Positions 28,155-35,309 of a DNA stretch of 47,489 nt are shown here, in pieces. The stretch's first letter is position 1. Each line of letters begins with the position of its first letter. The position numbers were made by a program, and so were the translations under genes. Origin of the DNA: a phage. The stretch lies in the NCBI GenBank assembly GCA_025699765.1, contig GCA_025699765.1_4134.1. One strand, given 5' to 3'. The notes beneath the pieces are model-generated. The model was not told the origin of the DNA. It saw only the letters and a program-made list of their open reading frames with translations, and made no database searches.

Positions 28155-28727
28155 CTATTTATTGATGAACGTGGCGGCTATGTGCTGAGCGGTAATTTCT
28201 GGATGACCTTCGACAGAAAAGAAGTCACACTCCTGATAACCGTTGACACCGATCATATCGTCAAGATAGATATAGTCGCGGCTGTCGTTGTCAAAGTTGC
28301 AACCGTTGCGATGGATTCGACACAGCTTGACCTGGATGTCACCTTCAATCATCTGCAAGATCTCGTCTTTGAATCCACCGTCAGTAAATACCGAAAGTGA
28401 ATGCGACTCTTTCACCTTGCTTTCCGCTCGCATACCGAAGAAGCGATTTCCGAACTGCGGCTTGATGACCTCCTCGCTAATCCAGATCATAAACTGGCGC
28501 GGGCTTTTACCGTTCAGGATTGATGCTGGCTCTTCTTTATATCGACGGTCCTCATACAAGAACATGAAATACTCGTAGTTAGCTTCACCCAGGATTGCCC
28601 GGGCAATCTCAAACATTGGCGCTTTGAAGCTGCGTAGCGCTACATGATCGTAAGTGTCAGCCAGGATGCATCCGATAGTGTCCTTTCCTGCGCCAGGCGC
28701 GCCGTTTAAAATGATAGCTGTTTTCAT
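28155..28727 (-). CDS. Deoxynucleoside monophosphate kinase-like P-loop protein (T4 gp1-like)
   Basis: Walker A GAPGAGKDT and an NGKSP motif, both resembling T4 gp1 dNMP kinase (recalled from memory). Confidence 0.6.
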   Translation of the reverse strand: MKTAIILNGAPGAGKDTIGCILADTYDHVALRSFKAPMFEIARAILGEANYEYFMFLYEDRRYKEEPASILNGKSPRQFMIWISEEVIKPQFGNRFFGMRAESKVKESHSLSVFTDGGFKDEILQMIEGDIQVKLCRIHRNGCNFDNDSRDYIYLDDMIGVNGYQECDFFSVEGHPEITAQHIAATFINK

Positions 28728-28835
28728 GTTAGCATCTCCCTAAAAATAATTTTGCCATATTGATGATAGTGTGATTGATGATTAACAGGATGATAACCGT
28801 CAATACCGGATGTGCTGAAATAAATTCGTACAGGT

Positions 28836-29369
28836 TCATTCATCTACCCCGTGAGATTTTAAATGACTGTGAACGTTATCGCCATAGTCAACTACAGCGT
28901 AAGTGGTTATCCCAAGCGATCTGAATTTTTTTATTATATTCACTGAGTCATCCCAAGCCGCAAGAATGTTTTCAATGCCGATCGCGCGAACCGCCTCCTC
29001 TTTCATCACCGTATCTTTCCGGTTATCGGTGCGCGGACGCATAATCAGGTAATCATATCGCGCACCGTGATGCTTAAGCCATAACTCAGATGCGTAACGC
29101 ACCTCATCACTTCGCCCGGTTAAAATTATTACATGATATCCAGCGGCAAACATGGAGTTCATCACATCGATCGTGCTTTGGATAGGGTTGTCAAATATTG
29201 CAGCGCGGTTAAACTCGGACCAGCTTTCGGTTAAGTGCAAATCCTTTGTAGGTAGCAGGTGAAGTCGACCAGATCCATCGCTAAGTGTTCCGTCAAAGTC
29301 AAAGATTGCTACGCGGCGCGGGCCGAGAAACAGGTTGATTGTCTGGCCCCAAATTGTGATTTTATCCAT
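28836..29369 (-). CDS. HAD-family phosphatase resembling the 3'-phosphatase domain of T4 polynucleotide kinase
   Basis: HAD motif I AIFDFDGTL; further matches to the T4 Pnk phosphatase domain (ILTGRSDE vs VVSGRE; DNRKDTVMKEE vs DTRKDDVVKEE), recalled from memory. Confidence 0.65.
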   Translation of the reverse strand: MDKITIWGQTINLFLGPRRVAIFDFDGTLSDGSGRLHLLPTKDLHLTESWSEFNRAAIFDNPIQSTIDVMNSMFAAGYHVIILTGRSDEVRYASELWLKHHGARYDYLIMRPRTDNRKDTVMKEEAVRAIGIENILAAWDDSVNIIKKFRSLGITTYAVVDYGDNVHSHLKSHGVDE

Positions 29370-29409
29370 GATTTATTCCTCTGATTGGTACATCATTTTT
29401 AACTTGGGG

Positions 29410-29535
29410 TTGCGAGGCTACGGTCTACGTTTGCCCCTTCCTTCCTAATGGGTTTTCCCAAGTCAATTTGCTTCGAGGTTTGCGCGGCTCCGGTATACGT
29501 TTGCCGCTTCCTTCTTTTGGGTTTGCCACGAAGCG
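29410..29535. repeat. Tandem imperfect direct repeat (2 x ~60 bp) in the leader of the phosphatase/kinase operon
   Basis: ttgcgaggctacggtctacgtttgccccttccttcc... and ttgcgcggctccggtatacgtttgccgcttccttct... are about 85% identical and adjacent. Confidence 0.5.
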
Positions 29536-29537
29536 TT

Positions 29538-29594
29538 TCGATGGAGTAACTATATCAAGATGCCACGATCCGGTTTTAACAAAAAGTGCTATTC
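29538..29594. repeat. 57-bp exact repeat, copy 1, promoter-like element
   Basis: tcgatggagtaactatatcaagatgccacgatccggttttaacaaaaagtgctattc; the second exact copy is at 31549-31605. Contains TAACA-N5-TGCTA and ACTATA. Confidence 0.7.
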
Positions 29595-29794
29595 GTTTTA
29601 ATAGTGATGCAAAAATAATTTTTTAAGCACGTCACCACGCGCGCTGAATCGACTTGTGGGAGCCTTAAAATCTCGTGGACCAATTGCACTGCCGACACCT
29701 CAGATTTGTAGTAGTGGGCGATTCTGGAGGTATTTGGGCGCATTCCTTCCACTGCGTCGCGTGCTGCATCTTCTGCTGTCATGATAGTAGCCAT
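29576..29794 (-). CDS. Hypothetical ORF, 72 aa (weak)
   Basis: Track ORF whose 3' end overlaps the repeat element; coding status uncertain. Confidence 0.25.
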   Translation of the reverse strand: MATIMTAEDAARDAVEGMRPNTSRIAHYYKSEVSAVQLVHEILRLPQVDSARVVTCLKNYFCITIKTNSTFC

Positions 29795-29903
29795 AAAACA
29801 CCCTTAAGAGATAATGTCAGGATCAGGAGGCAAAATAGCAACCCCTGAAATGATGGCGGCTCGTTATTCCAGTTAGAAAAGTCTGGCATAGTGTTTTCTC
29901 CAA

Positions 29904-29936
29904 AAGAAAGGGGAACCGTTCAGAGCCGATTCCCCA
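29904..29936 (-). terminator. Hairpin (ggggaa...ttcccc) plus U-rich tail
   Basis: Stem-loop immediately downstream of the 29943 gene stop on the minus strand. Confidence 0.4.
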
Positions 29937-29942
29937 TTAGCA

Positions 29943-30317
29943 TTACATGATGAACAACAGCGAAATCGAAGCGACCAAGAGAACAAGAGCGATAGCCAAA
30001 CCAGACAAATCTGCCTTCTCTTCAAACTTCAGCGCTGGCTTACGGTCAACTTCCGACGGCTTGACGTTGTTGATCTTGTTAGCTGCAACATTGCCATTGA
30101 CGCTGAAAGTGCGCTTGCGCTTCTTGCCGAACGTTGCGAACTTAGTGCCGCCGCTATTCCATCGAAGACCTTCGCCATTATGCGTTACGGTTGCAATGCG
30201 GTGTCGGCCCGTGTCGTCGGTCAGCGCTACGGTGTGCTTTGCGTGCTCAGTGGGCACGTCGTAGATTTTGCCAACAGTAAATTTTTTGGTGTTATCACTG
30301 ATACATTCGAATTTCAT
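29943..30317 (-). CDS. Tail-anchored membrane protein, 124 aa
   Basis: C-terminal hydrophobic anchor (LSGLAIALVLLVASISLLFIM). Start refined to MKFECIS with AAAGAGG site; the track ORF extends to a GTG at 30467 with a weaker site. Confidence 0.5.
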   Translation of the reverse strand: MKFECISDNTKKFTVGKIYDVPTEHAKHTVALTDDTGRHRIATVTHNGEGLRWNSGGTKFATFGKKRKRTFSVNGNVAANKINNVKPSEVDRKPALKFEEKADLSGLAIALVLLVASISLLFIM

Positions 30318-30576
30318 GAATTTTACCTCTTTATTATGCAGTTGGTTGATTTCTTCGATTGCGTCTTTAAATTTAACACCATCTACGATTCGATGAAAGA
30401 TATATTTTGAACTACCGCCATACGGAAGAAAAATTTCCTGATATTCGCGACGACGGACAATGTTCACATTTCAGCCGTTCTCATCAGCAATGATAAAACT
30501 ATCATCACTCACTCTAGCGCCTTCATACACCTCCCCCACTTGAAACCAGATCCGCTACTTGATACACATTCAAATT

Positions 30577-30864
30577 TCATGGTCTAACCTTCCTGTAAGG
30601 TTTGATTGATAACATCACGTACTGCGTGAAGTCGCATTCTTGCTCGTCATACCCGCGATTGATGTATGGCGTCACATCAGTAACATCAGATACCCTGGCA
30701 TGCACTTCCCACCCGGTAAACTCATCCCGATCGAACTCGCATAGCTCCAGGATATCGCCAGGCTGGAAGTTGCGGTCATTAATGCGGAACTCTGCCGTTT
30801 TTGTTCCGTTCATTACTCCGATGAAATGTACAGGAGCGATTTTTAACTTATGAGTTTTTCTCAT
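30577..30864 (-). CDS. DUF3850 / ASCH-like (PUA-fold) domain protein
   Basis: HKLKIAPVHFIGVMNGTKTAEFRINDRNFQPGDILEL matches the DUF3850 pattern H-x-LKI-x-P-x-YF...K-x-FE-x-R-x-NDR-x-FQ-x-GD. Confidence 0.55.
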   Translation of the reverse strand: MRKTHKLKIAPVHFIGVMNGTKTAEFRINDRNFQPGDILELCEFDRDEFTGWEVHARVSDVTDVTPYINRGYDEQECDFTQYVMLSIKPYRKVRP

Positions 30865-30971
30865 AGCTGATTCCTCTGATTGGTTGCTTTGCTTCAATAA
30901 GGCCACTATATCAAATGGCCTTGCGGAATGTTTAGCAATTTGTGCTTAGTAATTTTATGGCTTTATATTAA

Positions 30972-31271
30972 TCAATCAGGTTCGCGAGGCTTGTAGTTAA
31001 AACGATGCCAGCTTGTTCTTAGTTCTATTTGTTCGTAACTATCCCTACGCTCAGCGAAGCCAAGCTCCACAGCTAACGCGTGCAATTCATGTTTCCGCTT
31101 TATCTGTGCCATTCCAAGCCAGTCTGCGTCTGCATTACGCCGTTCACACTGCTTCGGGGTCATATCGTTGAAATCTTTTTCGCTTAGCTTCTGCTGCCGT
31201 TTTGTGTCGGCTTTCATGTCGCGCAGATGTTTAATCATCTTGTCAATCTTACTGATAGTATATTCTGTCAT
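30972..31271 (-). CDS. Hypothetical protein, 99 aa
   Basis: ORF in the early operon downstream of a palindrome-bearing region. Confidence 0.5.
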   Translation of the reverse strand: MTEYTISKIDKMIKHLRDMKADTKRQQKLSEKDFNDMTPKQCERRNADADWLGMAQIKRKHELHALAVELGFAERRDSYEQIELRTSWHRFNYKPREPD

Positions 31272-31309
31272 GTTAACCTCTGCGCCCGGCTTTCGCTGGG
31301 CTTTGAATA

Positions 31310-31522
31310 TTACATTGGCGGTTGTACTCGGAAGAATTCAAAATCTTTCAGTGTGGCAAGTTTCAACTTATCTTTACTGGTGATCACTTTTGGTTCTTCC
31401 GACCAGCTGGCTCCGAGTTGCGGCTTGCTTGCCAGAACACCTAATACCTCAGGTTGTTCGTCGAGCACGTAGCCAAATGTGTGGCCGTTCATTACGTAGT
31501 AAGTTGCGTTGTTGAATTTCAT
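31310..31522 (-). CDS. Hypothetical protein, 70 aa
   Basis: Start refined to MKFNNATYY with GAGG site; the track ORF extends upstream through the 57-bp repeat. Confidence 0.5.
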   Translation of the reverse strand: MKFNNATYYVMNGHTFGYVLDEQPEVLGVLASKPQLGASWSEEPKVITSKDKLKLATLKDFEFFRVQPPM

Positions 31523-31548
31523 TTTGTTTTCCTCGGTATGTTTCGTTG

Positions 31549-31605
31549 TCGATGGAGTAACTATATCAAGATGCCACGATCCGGTTTTAACAAAAAGTGC
31601 TATTC
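31549..31605. repeat. 57-bp exact repeat, copy 2, promoter-like element
   Basis: Identical to 29538-29594; lies between the 31600 and 31310 genes. Confidence 0.7.
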
Positions 31606-31920
31606 TACGGTAAACTCGACGTCGGTGATTTTCCACTTCTCAGTCTTGGGAGTGGTGAGGTTCTCAATTTCAAGAATGTTACCCTCAACCTTGAGGAATT
31701 TTAGATCTTGCCCACTTATTTCACGCAACTTACCTACGAGCATTCCAGCGTTTAGTCTTACGACGCTCCCATCAAATCCTTTTGTGAAGTATCTTGGGCC
31801 AACGGTATCAAGGTTTATCTTGATTGACCTCTTACCAATCAGTGCGTCAGCTATCTTCTTGATGTTTTCCTTCTGCTTACCAATTGCCTTACGCTCTTCT
31901 TCTGTTAACGGTTTAAACAT
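31600..31920 (-). CDS. Hypothetical protein, 106 aa
   Basis: ORF in the early leftward operon. Confidence 0.5.
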   Translation of the reverse strand: MFKPLTEEERKAIGKQKENIKKIADALIGKRSIKINLDTVGPRYFTKGFDGSVVRLNAGMLVGKLREISGQDLKFLKVEGNILEIENLTTPKTEKWKITDVEFTVE

Positions 31921-31932
31921 AGTAATTCCTCC

Positions 31933-32448
31933 TCACAGTCCACACTTTTCGATATGCGCCTTCATCTGGCGAACCAGGTCGCGCACGGTGCTTACAGTCA
32001 CGTCGCCTTTCTCAAGGTCATCAATATCAGGAACAAACGAATCCAGACAATCGGCTATGCTAACTTTTTTCCGACTACGGCGCTTCTTCACTGGAACCTC
32101 TTCGTCAGTAACGGTAACGGTTATCATTGTGATTGCCGACTCATTACGGCCCACCTTCACCTTTGCCACCTTGCCGTACTTGCAGAAGTGCCGGGTAATA
32201 ATCGGAGTGATGAAAGCAGACTTAAATCGCTTCTCCACCTCCTTCCCGTTCGAGGTCAACCATGTTGATGCGCCTCGCTCAATCTCTTCCTCTGTAATAT
32301 CCCGATCTCGGAAGTAAAATTTTACCGCCTCTCTCGCCATATCATCAGCCAAGAAAGAGAACTCGGTCATGCCTTTGTCGCGATACATTTTGTCACAGGT
32401 TAGGCGAATCATGTCGGTGATTTTTAATTCCTGATTGGTATTGCTCAT
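31933..32448 (-). CDS. Hypothetical protein, 171 aa (first gene of leftward early operon)
   Basis: First ORF leftward of the AT-rich control region; basic patch KKRRSRKK. Confidence 0.55.
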   Translation of the reverse strand: MSNTNQELKITDMIRLTCDKMYRDKGMTEFSFLADDMAREAVKFYFRDRDITEEEIERGASTWLTSNGKEVEKRFKSAFITPIITRHFCKYGKVAKVKVGRNESAITMITVTVTDEEVPVKKRRSRKKVSIADCLDSFVPDIDDLEKGDVTVSTVRDLVRQMKAHIEKCGL

Positions 32449-33134
32449 AATATAACCTCTTTGTCTATTCGTGTGTAAATGGCGTCATAACGTGTCAACA
32501 ATTGCCATTGTGACGGCGCAATACAGATATGTCAACGCCTGCGAGCCAATTTTAAGCCGTGTAACATTTGTCTAGCTGTCTAGAGTCACTATAGAAATAT
32601 ATAGCTCCCAAAAAAAGTACTGTATATATAAACATGCAGATAGAAATATGCCAACAGTACGCTAGACAATGTAAGACAACTATACACAACTATTACAATA
32701 TAATTATCTATATATATAAATAAAAAAAACACTATATATATTATATAGATACATATATCTATATGTATATTTAGAGGCGTCACAGTGTGTAATTTTGTCA
32801 CAATGGCGATTCTAGACAAATATTACAGTCGTGACAAGTTAAAGTGTAATCGATAGCACTTTTTGCTAAAAATGGGGATTACTACCAGGCGAACCGGGTA
32901 ACACTAGATCCTCCCTCTCACAATCATTGCATTCTCAGCAACAAATCAACCAACTGTTGCACACCATGCAATAATCACGTTTCATCATTCGAGATCAATC
33001 GGGATCGCAATTATTCCAGATATTCCAGCATTGATGGAATAATGAGCAATTATTGGAATAGCATTTTTTGCTAACGACTTAGCTATGTTGGCAGGGTATG
33101 ATTCATCACATCAACCAGCCAGGAGAATAACAAG
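32449..33134. promoter_or_regulatory. AT-rich divergent control region with nested inverted repeats and two TAGCA-N5-TGCTA sites
   Basis: 686 bp non-coding. Inverted pair gccattgtgac (about 32507) / gtcacaatggc (about 32798); TGTCTAG twice (about 32568) and CTAGACA (about 32660, 32812); (TA)n-rich core 32690-32780; palindromes at about 32862 and 33053. Confidence 0.5.
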
Positions 33135-33515
33135 ATGACAGATTCAAAACTTCAGGCAGCAATTGACCGTGCAAATGAGAAAGGTTTCAAAGTTGTGATT
33201 TACAATCACCGGCCTGTCGGGATAATCCGCCCCCGCAACCGAGTTGTTATTACTCAGCGCGATACCGGGATCATCATTACCAATATTTTCACCATTAAAG
33301 AGCATCAAATCATGATTGATTATATCAATCGACACGTCGAATCGGTTGAGTTCGGAAAGCTGGACGGTGACGAGAAGGATGCTATCATTGAAAACCTTCT
33401 CGAAGAGGTGGGCCTCGCGTTTGAAGAGCGACCGGATAACGGAACGACTCGTTGGGATTGTGATAAGCTGGACGCAATAAACCGCATCCGTGAAATCCTG
33501 GAGGAAAAATTATGA
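33135..33515 (+). CDS. Hypothetical protein, 126 aa (first gene of rightward operon)
   Basis: ORF with AGGAGA site, directly after the control region. Confidence 0.55.
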   Translation: MTDSKLQAAIDRANEKGFKVVIYNHRPVGIIRPRNRVVITQRDTGIIITNIFTIKEHQIMIDYINRHVESVEFGKLDGDEKDAIIENLLEEVGLAFEERPDNGTTRWDCDKLDAINRIREILEEKL

Positions 33516-33543
33516 TCGTATATATCTATACTGGAGGAATTGC

Positions 33544-33744
33544 ATGAGTGATAATATTTACCGCGTAGTGGCGATCTCACGCAAGACTCAGAAAAAAGTA
33601 ATTGCCTACATGGGAGATAGCGCCATTGAAGCTACAGACGTCTTCGAACTACTGAAGAACAACGAAGTATTTATGAACAAGTTCCGCGTTCGACTTGAAC
33701 GCCTTGAGCCTGTTATCATTGATGAAGCGAGAAAGCTATCCTGA
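33544..33744 (+). CDS. Hypothetical protein, 66 aa
   Basis: Start refined to MSDNIYR with GGAGG site. Confidence 0.45.
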   Translation: MSDNIYRVVAISRKTQKKVIAYMGDSAIEATDVFELLKNNEVFMNKFRVRLERLEPVIIDEARKLS

Positions 33745-33760
33745 CTGGTTAGGGGGAATA

Positions 33761-34081
33761 ATGAACCACACTTACAAAATCACAACGAATTCACCGAAGA
33801 TTAACGGAAGCACGGTCGCGGCACTAAATAACGCGGCGGCAATCCACGAAAAAAACATCATGGAGCGCGTGAAGGCGGCGGTAGGCCGATTCTACGGAAT
33901 CAACGCAGACATTGCCGACAGCAAGCGACTATTCAAATATGTGCCAGGTAATCCATATAGCCGGATGATTGATATTAAGCATGATAAAGAACTGGTTCGA
34001 ATCGGATCGCTTAGCGTTGACGAGTTCGACCATAGCATCAACCTAGTTACGGCATATCAAACATGGGACGGTAAAAAATGA
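33761..34081 (+). CDS. Hypothetical protein, 106 aa
   Basis: Start refined to MNHTYKI with GGGGGA site. Confidence 0.5.
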   Translation: MNHTYKITTNSPKINGSTVAALNNAAAIHEKNIMERVKAAVGRFYGINADIADSKRLFKYVPGNPYSRMIDIKHDKELVRIGSLSVDEFDHSINLVTAYQTWDGKK

Positions 34082-34221
34082 TTTATGTTCACACCTTTTA
34101 TACAGGAAAGTTTAACAGCGTAAAAAATGTTCGCGTTTACGATAGTCACCAAAAAGCAATGATGCAGAGAGTAGTGCTGGGAGGAACAGTCAAAGAGTGT
34201 AAAGTAATCTCTGAGTACTGA
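34078..34221 (+). CDS. Hypothetical small protein, 47 aa (below track cutoff)
   Basis: ATGA start/stop overlap with the upstream gene; hand translation MIYVHTFYTGKFNSVKNVRVYDSHQKAMMQRVVLGGTVKECKVISEY. Confidence 0.3.
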   Translation: MIYVHTFYTGKFNSVKNVRVYDSHQKAMMQRVVLGGTVKECKVISEY

Positions 34222-34298
34222 TAGCACAAATTGCTAAATACACACACCGGGGAGTGAGTTATATTACTCCCACACCAAACGAAACAAAGGAATCAAAA

Positions 34299-34523
34299 AT
34301 GAGCATTAAAGTTGAGAATATCATCAATCACTTGAACGCAAAAGGCCGTGTCGTTATTAAGATGGATAAGTCTTCAGGTTTTATTTCAATGACGGTAACT
34401 AAGACGCGTAACGGAAATAGTGTTATTGGCAGCACGCCAGGATCGCGCTTAGTAAATGCAACAGATGTGGATGTTCGCGCAACGCTTGAGGCTAACTCGA
34501 TTTACATTAATTCATGGAGCTAA
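34299..34523 (+). CDS. Hypothetical protein, 74 aa
   Basis: Start refined to MSIKVENI; a palindrome-bearing element lies upstream at about 34215-34245. Confidence 0.45.
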   Translation: MSIKVENIINHLNAKGRVVIKMDKSSGFISMTVTKTRNGNSVIGSTPGSRLVNATDVDVRATLEANSIYINSWS

Positions 34524-34526
34524 TTA

Positions 34527-34739
34527 ATGGAACAGGATAATTTCTGGACTCGTTATTTTGCCGCGCTTGATGCCGGGCTTAGTGCGGAATGGTGTATCAA
34601 GGTTGCATATAAAGAAATTACGCTTGACGACGCACTAGGGAATATGGATATGGACGCAGAAAGTGAATATAATCCCGACTTCGAGATGCCCGGCGATGAT
34701 ATTGGTGATAATGACGACGACGATTATATTCCATGGTAA
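34527..34739 (+). CDS. Highly acidic small protein, 70 aa (possible DNA mimic)
   Basis: About 20 Asp/Glu against 3 Lys/Arg; C-terminal run DDIGDNDDDDYIPW. Confidence 0.45.
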   Translation: MEQDNFWTRYFAALDAGLSAEWCIKVAYKEITLDDALGNMDMDAESEYNPDFEMPGDDIGDNDDDDYIPW

Positions 34740-34819
34740 ATAGCACGATTTGTTAATATTGCCGCAAGGTCATTTGTTAAAGTGGCCTTGTTCAAGATAA
34801 CCAATCAGGAGTGAACGCA

Positions 34820-35236
34820 ATGAAATCCATCAAACTTAAATGTACTTCCGCAGACAAAATCACAGGATTTGAAGTTAACAACCTTTACAAAGGTCGAGAG
34901 CGCTACGATGGAACTCGTGAGGTTAAGTTAAAGTGCGGTAAGTATTTAAAACTTGATAAGCATGATGAATTACAGATTCACGGATCTGATGAAATCTTCT
35001 TCGCAAAATTCACTGAACTTAAAACCAAAACACTCAAGTGTACCGGGCTTGACCATCGCAACCCAATGAAAAAATCATTCAAAGTTGGCAAGCGTTACCA
35101 GGTTGAAAGCGGTCGCGCGCTCGGTATTGTTGCTGGTTACATCTTTGATGAGGATGGTTGCCGCTGGAATTTATTTCGTGCGGATGTCGGATTCATCATT
35201 GCAGACGGCACAACCTTTGAGGCCAAATACTTATAA
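34820..35236 (+). CDS. Hypothetical protein, 138 aa
   Basis: Start refined to MKSIKLK with AGGAG site. Confidence 0.5.
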   Translation: MKSIKLKCTSADKITGFEVNNLYKGRERYDGTREVKLKCGKYLKLDKHDELQIHGSDEIFFAKFTELKTKTLKCTGLDHRNPMKKSFKVGKRYQVESGRALGIVAGYIFDEDGCRWNLFRADVGFIIADGTTFEAKYL

Positions 35237-35309
35237 CCAATAGCACTTTTTGCAAAACGCGTGTACCATTGGCGGTGTATCATTCACACCGTCAACTAAG
35301 GAGTTTATT

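Noticed and set aside
31454-32317. 287-aa plus-strand ORF spanning the leftward early operon
   Set aside because: It lies antisense to three well-supported minus-strand genes, is Ser/Phe/Leu/Arg-rich low-complexity sequence, has no ribosome-binding site and no flanking promoter or terminator. It is a typical antisense-frame artefact.
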